64,000 nucleotides of DNA from a virus, in the IMG/VR virus record IMGVR_UViG_3300009408_000001, positions 96,001 through 160,000 of that record; one strand, written 5' to 3'. The stretch's first letter is position 1. Each line of letters starts with the position of its first letter. A model generated the notes under the pieces. It ran no database searches, was not told the DNA's origin, and was given only the letters and a program-made list of their open reading frames with translations. Positions 1-8,673 of the stretch are shown piece by piece. Both the position numbers and the translations under genes were made by a program.

Positions 1-210
1 TTGTACGTCTTAGGTAAAGTATGTAAGATCCTGTCTGTGGACCAGAACGACGCTTACGCCATCCTACTGAGCATTCGGGAATACATGCAAGCCAACAAGG
101 AAGCAACCGTACAGGACGCCGCTATTGTTGCAACACTTAACCTGTACTACAACTGGGCCGTAAGCCAACTTGAATGCACCGTCGTTCGTAATGACAACGA
201 GTTGTACTAA
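1..210 (+). CDS. 3' end of a conserved gene upstream of the vRNAP beta'C/protease pair (5' truncated by window)
   Basis: Open frame from base 1; TAA overlaps the next ATG (TAATG); position matches the phiKZ gp177-like gene. Confidence 0.5.
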   Translation: MYVLGKVCKILSVDQNDAYAILLSIREYMQANKEATVQDAAIVATLNLYYNWAVSQLECTVVRNDNELY

Positions 211-929
211 TGGACGTATCTGTTCTCAAAAGAGATCCCGTTGCTGGGGCCAAATGGTTGAAAGCATCTGGGGACCAGTACGTAGCTACTGTTGACCTGG
301 ATGTGTATCTTCCTAAGTCCTGGATGTCCGGGGCTTTGGCGAATGCAGGTGAGACCATTACCAGTCTCGCAGTATTCGCTATTGTGGTGGGTAACAAGTA
401 CGTTTCTTCTGTTTCGTGCTGTAACCTTAACTTTGTACCAGATACAACGTCGGAGATCATGATAGATGATGTTCCTTATCTAGAGCTGCACTATGAGAAA
501 GGGTCTGCGATTACGACGACCAGTGAGTCGGTTAAGAATGCGCCCATCCTCTTTAACATCTACGATGAGTTTACAGCTAAGGGTAAGAAGCCGTGGTACA
601 TCGACGGCATTGACGAGGCGAGAATGATGGATACCGCGAGTTATCATGCTGGTGCTACACCGGGTGCTAACCGTGCCATTTTAGAAATGATGGTTGCTTC
701 TCGTTACCGGATGGCCGGTGATCGAAGTAAGTATTATAAGGAAGGATTTAAAACACAGAAAGAGTACGACGCGGCCATACCCGACGTTATCCCAGCAAGG
801 TCTGTTACCTACGGGGCGACCAATACCTCAGCTAGGTTAATGGGGTCATATACATCGGATGCCATGAACGCGTCACTTGTCAATCCCAGTGAGAACCTCG
901 AATCAATAGAGGAACTCCTATTCAGTTAG
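210..929 (+). CDS. Probable virion RNA polymerase beta' C-terminal subunit (phiKZ gp176 / SPN3US gp244-like)
   Basis: 239 aa, directly upstream of the head protease as in phiKZ/SPN3US; C-terminal GATNTSARLMGSYTSDAMNASL resembles the beta' C-terminal conserved region. Confidence 0.6.
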   Translation: MDVSVLKRDPVAGAKWLKASGDQYVATVDLDVYLPKSWMSGALANAGETITSLAVFAIVVGNKYVSSVSCCNLNFVPDTTSEIMIDDVPYLELHYEKGSAITTTSESVKNAPILFNIYDEFTAKGKKPWYIDGIDEARMMDTASYHAGATPGANRAILEMMVASRYRMAGDRSKYYKEGFKTQKEYDAAIPDVIPARSVTYGATNTSARLMGSYTSDAMNASLVNPSENLESIEELLFS

Positions 930-938
930 AGGTGTAAC

Positions 939-1757
939 ATGATGAAGTCGAACAGCGGAAGGGGTACCCTTTCCTTGAAGGTTGCTGCTAAACCCAGTCT
1001 CACATACGAGTGCTTGGTTATACATGACCCGTCTAAAAAGAAGAAGTTGAAGAAGTCCAAGGACGGGTGGTACGAAGTCATCGCAGGTGCGTTTAACACC
1101 CCGTCGTATAAAGGCATGGTGTATCCACTTACCCCCATGGTTCGTGACCAGTACACGGGTGACAACGCAATGACCCGCGCGTTGTCAAAGCGGCAATTGT
1201 ACGGCGAAATGGGACACCCTACTCCATTACCTGGACAAAGTATGTTGGACTTTATGGCACGGGTTGCTGTGGTGAACGAAAAGAACTGGGCTACCGTGTA
1301 TCGGAAGCATTCGTTTAAAGAAGCCACCAGTGACACTGGTAAACCATATATCCTTTCTGTGGTGGAGGTCAAACCTTTCGGTACCCATAAAAACGTGGTG
1401 GAGGAGAGTTTCAATGACCCTTCTATAAACTCGGCACTGTCCATGCGCTGTATTACCGATTACCCGGCCATGCGAAATGGTCAGTGGGAGAAAGATATAA
1501 CCAGCCATGTCACTTGGGACTTCGTAGGGGAACAAGGTATGCCGGATGCATGTAAGTACCTGACTCCCTCTATGGAGAGTCTGAGTAGTCCGGTTGTGTT
1601 CACACAAGAAAACACCAATGCTCGTCAGTTAAGTCTGGATGACTACGTTGGTATGGAGTCTTTGGGAACAGGGGTTGAACGCATCCTAACGGACGCGGGG
1701 TGGTTAACCGTGGTTGAACCTACCCGCGTACAACGAAAGGGGTTTTTGTCACTGTGA
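939..1757 (+). CDS. Head maturation protease (phiKZ gp175-like)
   Basis: LYGEMGHP (catalytic His), ALSMR (Ser), TWDFV; C-terminal S/G-x-E sites (PSMES, GMES). Confidence 0.9.
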   Translation: MMKSNSGRGTLSLKVAAKPSLTYECLVIHDPSKKKKLKKSKDGWYEVIAGAFNTPSYKGMVYPLTPMVRDQYTGDNAMTRALSKRQLYGEMGHPTPLPGQSMLDFMARVAVVNEKNWATVYRKHSFKEATSDTGKPYILSVVEVKPFGTHKNVVEESFNDPSINSALSMRCITDYPAMRNGQWEKDITSHVTWDFVGEQGMPDACKYLTPSMESLSSPVVFTQENTNARQLSLDDYVGMESLGTGVERILTDAGWLTVVEPTRVQRKGFLSL

Positions 1758-2131
1758 AAAAATGGTCTGCACTTGCCATGCCCGTGTTACACGGGCGGTC
1801 AGAAGGTTGGACTTACGGACTGCACGTAGGTAAAGTGTGTACGGTACACAGCAATGGGGACGAGACGGTTCTTCGTTGGCTGGACATCGCAGAGGAGATC
1901 GTGTACGCATTCGAATCGGAATACTGTCTTAAGTGCGTCTGTACAGATGGGACGGTGTATACGGTCATTGATGGGAAAATTGTCAACATAGCTGTACCGG
2001 AGTGTGGAGAGGTTGTACACTACGCGAGTAACACACCTGGGTGTCCCTTTTGGGAGACCGAGGAAGGGTGGATGGGATTCTACATTGTAGAACGCAAGAC
2101 AGGGAAGTATCAGATACGATATGTTACATAG
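1754..2131 (+). CDS. Hypothetical beta-rich protein
   Basis: GTGA overlap with protease stop; 125 aa; followed by a hairpin. Confidence 0.7.
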   Translation: MKKWSALAMPVLHGRSEGWTYGLHVGKVCTVHSNGDETVLRWLDIAEEIVYAFESEYCLKCVCTDGTVYTVIDGKIVNIAVPECGEVVHYASNTPGCPFWETEEGWMGFYIVERKTGKYQIRYVT

Positions 2132-2132
2132 G

Positions 2133-2160
2133 AGTACCAGGGGCGTATGCCCCTGGTACT
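2133..2160 (+). terminator. 12-bp stem hairpin (no U-tract), flanked by CATA and TATG
   Basis: AGTACCAGGGGC-GTAT-GCCCCTGGTACT. Confidence 0.55.
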
Positions 2161-2203
2161 TATGCCGTATTTACTAAAACTGGTTTCAATGATTCTTAAA
2201 CAT

Positions 2204-2212
2204 TATATTACC
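2204..2212 (+). promoter_or_regulatory. Early (vRNAP-type) promoter motif TATATTAC
   Basis: Exact phiKZ early-promoter consensus in an AT-rich intergenic region upstream of ORF 2281. Confidence 0.65.
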
Positions 2213-2280
2213 TTAACGATCATAAACAATATTGTTTATGGCGTCTATCTACTGCTCTTACTGAGCAAAAGGACTTAAAG

Positions 2281-2757
2281 ATGACATACCACATTAACGT
2301 TAAAGAAGTAACCATGTCAACCGAAGAAAAAGAAGAGCTGTTGGAACGGAGGCACACAACGTGGCATTGTACAGGAAACCTGTCGGAGGACAGTAGTGTA
2401 CATCTGGCAAGGGAAGCCTACTTCGCCAAAGGCGGAAATGGGATAGTTGAGTTCACTGTGGAAAACGGTAACCTGGCAATACGTCACCATAGCCTGGACA
2501 CGCCCAACTGTGCCTACCGCATGGTCGGAGGAGCACTCCAATGGTGGGCCCCCTTAAAGGGGGGGTGGGATGAATGCGAGAATGCTTCGGCGTGGCCATT
2601 GTCAGAAATCCCAAAAGATGCATATGGGGACCAGTGGGTTATCCGTACCCGAACCCAAATTCTTGCGGTGCGTGGACTGATATTAAACACCCCTATTCAA
2701 TACGGGGAGACACCAATAGATGCCTGGTGGAAAGCGATCAACACGCTACCATCATGA
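2281..2757 (+). CDS. Hypothetical protein
   Basis: 158 aa, AAGGA RBS, lies between a promoter motif and a terminator. Confidence 0.75.
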   Translation: MTYHINVKEVTMSTEEKEELLERRHTTWHCTGNLSEDSSVHLAREAYFAKGGNGIVEFTVENGNLAIRHHSLDTPNCAYRMVGGALQWWAPLKGGWDECENASAWPLSEIPKDAYGDQWVIRTRTQILAVRGLILNTPIQYGETPIDAWWKAINTLPS

Positions 2758-2773
2758 TGGTAGATTAAAGAAG

Positions 2774-2802
2774 GAGCCCCATTGCGGGGCTCTTTCTTTT
2801 TT
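2774..2802 (+). terminator. Rho-independent terminator
   Basis: GAGCCCC-ATTGC-GGGGCTC + T tract. Confidence 0.85.
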
Positions 2803-2899
2803 GTTATTTTCACGACTTAACCTATATCACCCGTATAAGGGAAACAGCATGTACAACCCATTTAAGTCACGCTCCACTGGGCCGTTAGATCACGACTAA

Positions 2900-2923
2900 T
2901 TAAAAACCATATTACCTAAGTGA
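2900..2923 (+). promoter_or_regulatory. Early promoter motif (CATATTACC class without palindrome)
   Basis: TTAAAAACCATATTACCTAAGTGA; 23/24 identical to 7838-7861. Confidence 0.7.
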
Positions 2924-2966
2924 TCTCAAGTACATTACTTAGATCACAACACAATAACTACGCTCA

Positions 2967-3266
2967 ATGAGCACGGAGTATGACATGTTTAAACAAGATT
3001 ATCCACAGATTACACAGTTGCCGGAGCACGTCGACGCACTGGAGCGGGCTCAGGCACTGACAACCCTAAAGTGTGCCTACCAGTCCATTGCCATTCGTGC
3101 GAAATCCGGGGATATTGACAGCAGATACATTAAGTCCTGTAGGAATATCCTTAACACGTTTGGAGATGAGGACACTGGGGAGTGTTACCCCTTTGCCGAT
3201 GAGATAACAACCACTGACTTAACTGCACTCGCAGAGGTGTGGTACGACCTGTGTTTAAAAATGTAA
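2967..3266 (+). CDS. Hypothetical protein
   Basis: 99 aa ORF downstream of the promoter motif. Confidence 0.7.
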   Translation: MSTEYDMFKQDYPQITQLPEHVDALERAQALTTLKCAYQSIAIRAKSGDIDSRYIKSCRNILNTFGDEDTGECYPFADEITTTDLTALAEVWYDLCLKM

Positions 3267-3280
3267 TTGGAGAATCGAGT

Positions 3281-3901
3281 ATGAGCACATCCATATTTTT
3301 GAAACTGTGTCGTAAACACCCTGCTGTTATACAAGGACTGTTGGCACCGTACCACCCCGAAACACTGGACATCCGAACGGCGTGCAGTTTTAGATATGTG
3401 TCAGAAGGAACTTGGCATCATGTGAAGTACCCATGTAGTAACGGAATGCACATTCGTCGCGTTCCAGATACTCTGTTCATGGGTGCATTAATCGAAGGAC
3501 CGACCGTTGCGCCACACCTCACCATGACCATATGCGGACAAGTATACCTTGTTTCAAATGAGCCAGAACTCCTGTATACCCCATCTCAGTTTGGTCTGGT
3601 TATCCCGGGTACTGCTAGAGCAGTACCTGTGGGAAAGCACAGTACTGTTGTAACATGGTGCATGGTAGACAGTGAGAACGAGGTGTATTTACATACGTTA
3701 CTCCTGGGTAAACCTGGAGAGAACCACATGTACGCAGGAACCTACCCACTGGGTGAATACATGGAGGGCGGAACTAGCGTACCTACTGTAATTAAACGGG
3801 TGGATGCGGTACACCACGTTATAGTGTCCAACAACGATATCCCATTTATACACCCCGTATCTTCCACCGGGGTACATATAACGAAAGCACATGTTGCATG
3901 A
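3281..3901 (+). CDS. Hypothetical protein
   Basis: GGAGA RBS before ATG 3281 (preferred over track start 3239). Confidence 0.7.
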   Translation: MSTSIFLKLCRKHPAVIQGLLAPYHPETLDIRTACSFRYVSEGTWHHVKYPCSNGMHIRRVPDTLFMGALIEGPTVAPHLTMTICGQVYLVSNEPELLYTPSQFGLVIPGTARAVPVGKHSTVVTWCMVDSENEVYLHTLLLGKPGENHMYAGTYPLGEYMEGGTSVPTVIKRVDAVHHVIVSNNDIPFIHPVSSTGVHITKAHVA

Positions 3902-4035
3902 TGCTCTCTCCAAAGATACACCACGAGGGCAAACTGAAAACCGCTGTTAATTTCCCTGAAACCGGGGAACTCTTCTTACTCACGGGGACAGACGTAGAAC
4001 GCGTAACACACCTTACAGTGAGGAGGGATAAATGA
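3898..4035 (+). CDS. Small hypothetical protein (45 aa)
   Basis: ATGA overlap with the upstream stop; MMLSPKIHHEGKLK...RRDK. Confidence 0.4.
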   Translation: MMLSPKIHHEGKLKTAVNFPETGELFLLTGTDVERVTHLTVRRDK

Positions 4036-4122
4036 CTGATGCATACCGGTACAGGTTGATCGTCGGTAATTGACTAATACTAATCCCTGACGCCGTCAGG
4101 GAACTACACAGGGGAACGGAAC

Positions 4123-4659
4123 ATGCAGAAATTAGCTACGCGCATTAAGAAAGGTGGAGTTGAGCACGCGATTAACAACGAGTATGTCGACATCACTGAC
4201 TGGGAGGGGTATACCCTATCCTGCTATGACGCCATACCCTTCCAGATGCTAGGGCTGTACGAAGCAGAGGATACTATTTACGGGGTCTGCGAAAGTCACG
4301 TGTTTTGTATCTATCCTGAGAAGGATACTACGTACATTCCCATCTGCGATAAACCCACACCTGGCTTCAAAACAGCAGGGGCATATGGTGACAGTAACGG
4401 AGTACTGGTTGTTAAAACAATGCAATATCCTCCAGGTGGTGAATCAATACTGATGTGTCGTATTGCCCCACTAACTGGGAAGAAGACCCGGGAGGAGTAC
4501 GTCTCAACCGTTAACGTCTTCTGGGAGGAGGACATCGTAGATGTTGTAGTGTTTGGAAAAATGCTATTCACCGTGAATGCAACGGGCGTTTCATCTAGCT
4601 ATGAAGTAACCGTTGAACCGACAAAGGACTCCCCGGGGATCCTTGTCAACGTAGGGTAA
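4123..4659 (+). CDS. Hypothetical beta-rich protein
   Basis: 178 aa, GGGGA RBS, followed by a terminator. Confidence 0.7.
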   Translation: MQKLATRIKKGGVEHAINNEYVDITDWEGYTLSCYDAIPFQMLGLYEAEDTIYGVCESHVFCIYPEKDTTYIPICDKPTPGFKTAGAYGDSNGVLVVKTMQYPPGGESILMCRIAPLTGKKTREEYVSTVNVFWEEDIVDVVVFGKMLFTVNATGVSSSYEVTVEPTKDSPGILVNVG

Positions 4660-4672
4660 GTTACACACAGTT

Positions 4673-4706
4673 AAAGAAACAGCCGGTAAAGGCTGTTTCT
4701 TTTTTT
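4673..4706 (+). terminator. Rho-independent terminator
   Basis: AAAGAAACAGCC-GGTAAA-GGCTGTTTCTTT + T tract. Confidence 0.85.
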
Positions 4707-4757
4707 GCCCTTCAACCGTATCGTGTATAGGAAGAACTTAAACGGAGAACACCACAC

Positions 4758-7277
4758 ATGCGCATCATCGCCATGGAGCTTATAAAGTACGATCGGTTAG
4801 CACTATCAGGAATAGACCATCTACGCTGGGTTATCACGAGCCCACTGCAACTCATCATTGGATCTAACTCATCAGGTAAGACCTCTGTAATGGAGATGAC
4901 AAACCCACTTCCCGCTAAGAAGGAAGATTTCCGAGAAGGAGGTGGTAAGAAGATATGGATTGAACACCAAGGGAAATATTACTACCTATCCTCAATATTG
5001 TCCCGTTCAATGGTACACAGTTGCGTCTGTTTAGGGGACGAGTTCGATCCACTTGATGACGAGTCAGGGGAAGAGCTAAATGGGTCTGGAATTAGTACAG
5101 TGCAGTCCGAGTTAGCCGAGCGTATCTTTGGATACACACCTTGGTTACACAAGTTACTTACCGGGAAAGTGAAGTTCACATCCTCCAGTACTGGTATGCG
5201 TGAGGAAATACTGGCTAAGGTAAGTGACCTTGACATGCGGTATGCACAGGGCGTATACGACAAGTTAAAAACAACACGGCGTGACTTGATGGGTGCTCTT
5301 AAGCACTGTAACACAAAACGCGAGAATCAAGCATCTGCATTAATGGTACTGGGTGACCTTAAGTCAGAGATTGCAGAATCTGTGGTACTGGAGAGTGGGC
5401 TAAAGGAATTATTTCCACTTACGATCAACACGGACCCAGAAGTGGAAGGGAAACGGTTGTCTTACAACCAAGCGGTTTCCAGTCTAGCGGGTGAGATTGA
5501 GGCATGTAAGAAATTGGCTGTTGCTGGGGATACCCTGGGACATCCGGATATGGACAGTGTCAAGAGTGAACTGGATATGACAGATAAGGTTATCCACACT
5601 ACAGACGGGTTCATCAAGCATCGTTTAAATGAGTTGGCAGAAATACGGAAGCTTAAGTCACGAATAGAAGAAGGCGAAAACGCGTGTAAGCACGAAGACG
5701 GAACGGATGGTTCCTCAGAAGACCTAGAGGCGGTGCTAACGGAACGAAAGGCCAAACTTGTTGCAATGCCTTGTCCAGTTACTGCAACGTACGAGGGAGA
5801 GCTACAGGGGGTCGTTAAAGAACTCGGCCAGTTTGTATACGGTATGCAAAGTCGAGTCAATGTGTCAATCGGGGTGGAGAGTGTCTGTACCAGAGAGGAG
5901 TACGATGCATCTCGAGTGGAATACCAGTCCTATAACATGGCGTTACAGGAGAACACCTCTAAGTTGGATACTGCAAATGGGTACATTACAGAATACCTGG
6001 CGCTTGGTAAGCAGGCAAAGGAATGTGGGTCCTGTGGTACCCTGGTTCAGTTTGATGAACGGGGTAGTGAAGCCTCTGTAAACCGAATCCGTGCTAAGAA
6101 ACGCATTCTGGAAAAGGAACACGACCGCATTAAAGCTTCAATGAGTGACTTAAAGAAAGTGGGAACTGCGCGTGGAGAATACATGCAGTATCACACCCGA
6201 ATACATTTAGCTATGAAAGAAGCGTATCGGTTACATCCACTCTGGTCCATGATGGACGGGGGAATCGAATGGTGTGTAACAAACCACGTTGCGTTTCTTG
6301 AGAAGTGTCGTGTTGAAATCCGTAACCTGGAACTGGTTATTTCGTACAGGGAAGTAGAAACGTCCGTCAAGGCGTTAGAAGACACCATAGCGCTTAGAAA
6401 GATCGCAGGAGATGGAAAGACCGCAGTACGGGAGAAGAAGCTCTCTGTCGAACTAGAGGGGCACTATGCTGCAAGAGATACTCTTTTAGCAAGACGTGCT
6501 AAACTTACCACCGTGTTATCTGACTACACTGCGTTTGCTAACAAGATGAATACTGTAGAGAAAGGAGCCTCTATGGTGGCTACCTTGTTTGCGGCCTACA
6601 CAAATGCAATAGCACACACTGAGGTTGGGAATGCGGTTAAACAAAAACAACGGCGGTTGTCTACCATCATGTCGTCAGTGAGTGAAAGAGACATTGTAGG
6701 AAGGAACGTACAAGAGCTAACAGATGAACAGCGTACCCTGGCGGACCGCATAAAGCACGTTGATAAACTGATGGAAACCCTTTCCCCTAAACACGGGTTA
6801 ATCGGTGAAAAGATGTCTACCTTCGTGGATGGCTTCATGGAACAGGTCAGCGCTGTTATATCTAGGGTGTGGTCCTTCCCAATGGAAATTGGAAAGTGTA
6901 ACATGGAAGAAGGTGGCATGACTTACGTATTTCCCATTGTAAGTGCCAGTCGTGTTGTAAAGGATGTGGGTAAGGGGTCAGAGGGGCAAAAGGAGATTAT
7001 TAACTTTGCATTTACTCTAGTTCTAATGCAATACATGGGCCTTGATGACTACCCTATCTACATTGATGAATTGGGACCCACCTTCGATGAAGTACACAAG
7101 GGAAAGCTAATAGATTACATCATCCACATGATCGATGAAAGAGAGGTGAGTCAGATGTTCATGATAAACCACTTCAGTAGTTTCTACGGTGGACTGACAC
7201 ATAAAGAGACATTGGTGCTAAGTGAAACCAACGTCGTATTGCCTCACGTATATAACGAAGGTGTCACATTCAAGTGA
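4758..7277 (+). CDS. sbcC: SbcC/Rad50-like SMC ATPase
   Basis: Walker A GSNSSGKT, long coiled coil with central CGSC zinc hook, signature-like GSEGQK, Walker B IYIDE. Confidence 0.9.
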   Translation: MRIIAMELIKYDRLALSGIDHLRWVITSPLQLIIGSNSSGKTSVMEMTNPLPAKKEDFREGGGKKIWIEHQGKYYYLSSILSRSMVHSCVCLGDEFDPLDDESGEELNGSGISTVQSELAERIFGYTPWLHKLLTGKVKFTSSSTGMREEILAKVSDLDMRYAQGVYDKLKTTRRDLMGALKHCNTKRENQASALMVLGDLKSEIAESVVLESGLKELFPLTINTDPEVEGKRLSYNQAVSSLAGEIEACKKLAVAGDTLGHPDMDSVKSELDMTDKVIHTTDGFIKHRLNELAEIRKLKSRIEEGENACKHEDGTDGSSEDLEAVLTERKAKLVAMPCPVTATYEGELQGVVKELGQFVYGMQSRVNVSIGVESVCTREEYDASRVEYQSYNMALQENTSKLDTANGYITEYLALGKQAKECGSCGTLVQFDERGSEASVNRIRAKKRILEKEHDRIKASMSDLKKVGTARGEYMQYHTRIHLAMKEAYRLHPLWSMMDGGIEWCVTNHVAFLEKCRVEIRNLELVISYREVETSVKALEDTIALRKIAGDGKTAVREKKLSVELEGHYAARDTLLARRAKLTTVLSDYTAFANKMNTVEKGASMVATLFAAYTNAIAHTEVGNAVKQKQRRLSTIMSSVSERDIVGRNVQELTDEQRTLADRIKHVDKLMETLSPKHGLIGEKMSTFVDGFMEQVSAVISRVWSFPMEIGKCNMEEGGMTYVFPIVSASRVVKDVGKGSEGQKEIINFAFTLVLMQYMGLDDYPIYIDELGPTFDEVHKGKLIDYIIHMIDEREVSQMFMINHFSSFYGGLTHKETLVLSETNVVLPHVYNEGVTFK

Positions 7278-7292
7278 CACAGGAGAAACAAG

Positions 7293-7820
7293 ATGTTTGA
7301 AACAGAAATTGTAGACTTGGTAACGTACCACAAATTTACTGGGATATGGGCACTTATCCTTCACCTTATTGCGATATGCATCGGTTGGATTGTCTCCGGG
7401 GGTGTCGTAGATGCACGATTCGACAATCGAAAGATCCTACTGGCAAGTTGTACATACTTCCTATTTGTAACAGGGTACATGTACGCGGTTCCTGGCAACC
7501 TATACAGTGCCACGCTACCGACCTTGTTGGTGTGTGCTGCACTTATCCCATCCTACGTGGTGCGAGTGTCTCCTGGTAGAAGGGTATTCCTAGAGGAAGT
7601 GAAGTTACGGAATAACTTTTCGGCAGTACTGCTTGCACTTGTTGTGATCTACGTCATTGGGATGGAGTTCTTTACCCCACTTAGTTACAAGGAAAGTATT
7701 CCCAGTATGATCGCAGTTGTAATGTTACTCATCGGGATTGTTACATCTCGATTAGGTCAACGGTTATTAGTAGAGTGGCACCGCCTTATTGTCGTGGATA
7801 AGGTTACACCTCCCGAGTAA
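7293..7820 (+). CDS. Hypothetical multi-pass membrane protein
   Basis: About five hydrophobic segments; AGGAGA RBS. Confidence 0.75.
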   Translation: MFETEIVDLVTYHKFTGIWALILHLIAICIGWIVSGGVVDARFDNRKILLASCTYFLFVTGYMYAVPGNLYSATLPTLLVCAALIPSYVVRVSPGRRVFLEEVKLRNNFSAVLLALVVIYVIGMEFFTPLSYKESIPSMIAVVMLLIGIVTSRLGQRLLVEWHRLIVVDKVTPPE

Positions 7821-7837
7821 ACCCGTTCCACGTACAT

Positions 7838-7861
7838 TTAAAAACCATATTACCTTAGTGA
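7838..7861 (+). promoter_or_regulatory. Early promoter motif (CATATTACC class without palindrome)
   Basis: TTAAAAACCATATTACCTTAGTGA. Confidence 0.7.
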
Positions 7862-7894
7862 CACTACACCCGTAATGTCACAACTACGGAGCCA

Positions 7895-8296
7895 ATGGCA
7901 ATGAATAAGAAAGCGATACAGGGTATGGTAAAAGCAATTAAGACCGACATGTCTGTCGTGGATGGAAACATTACAGGTGGGGAGGACCTGTTCTATTCTC
8001 TCGCGCCAGATGGAGTTACCAAGGAATCCACCGAGGCCCACATGGACCACATAACCCTATACTCTGCCGCTACATTACAAGCGGTTGCAGAGTACGCGAG
8101 TGAAAACCCCGTTGACAATCCGAGTACCATTTGTGGGGAGTTCGCACTGGCACACGGGTTAGACACGAACGTTGTACTCACCCGGGTTGAGGGTGGTTAC
8201 GATCCAATGTTGGAGGTGAAAGTTGGGTTCTGTGACCAAGCGCAAATCGCATATGAAAATGCGTTGCAATGGGTGGAGGACAACTTAGATGAGTGA
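7895..8296 (+). CDS. Acidic hypothetical protein, probably early
   Basis: GGAG RBS, directly after the early promoter motif. Confidence 0.75.
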   Translation: MAMNKKAIQGMVKAIKTDMSVVDGNITGGEDLFYSLAPDGVTKESTEAHMDHITLYSAATLQAVAEYASENPVDNPSTICGEFALAHGLDTNVVLTRVEGGYDPMLEVKVGFCDQAQIAYENALQWVEDNLDE

Positions 8297-8393
8297 TCTT
8301 GAAGTGGGTGCGGATGTGGGTGAGGATGAATATGAAGAGGACGAGCTCCGACAGGGTCTAATAGACGATGCGGAGGAATGGAACAACGGGTGA
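8289..8393 (+). CDS. Small very acidic peptide (34 aa)
   Basis: Overlaps the upstream stop (ATGAGTGA); MSDLEVGADVGEDEYEEDELRQGLIDDAEEWNNG. Confidence 0.5.
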   Translation: MSDLEVGADVGEDEYEEDELRQGLIDDAEEWNNG

Positions 8394-8561
8394 CCGTGTG
8401 TTACCCACTCGGGTGGCCACCTTTGCCGGAATAACGGCACCATTTCGCCACATGACTCGACGCTAACTACTGGGTGGATGAAGAGGGCGAAGTACAATGT
8501 GACGCAGGTGAAGGTCCCTTCAGCCCGGGGATTCTAAACCTGTAGTAAGTAACATAAGCTG

Positions 8562-8673
8562 GAGGCCCTTCACGGGGCCTCTTTCTTTTTGCCGTTTCAG
8601 TCATTATTAAGAACCACATTACCTTACTGATAACACGTCCGTGTTATTTAATCCATTTGGAGATTTAAAGATG
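8562..8673 (+). repeat. Terminator-promoter-palindrome-RBS module, copy A
   Basis: GAGGCCCTTCACGGGGCCTC + T tract, CATTATTAAGAACCACATTACC, ATAACAC-GTCC-GTGTTAT, TTTGGAGA RBS; near-identical to 28490-28601. Confidence 0.9.
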
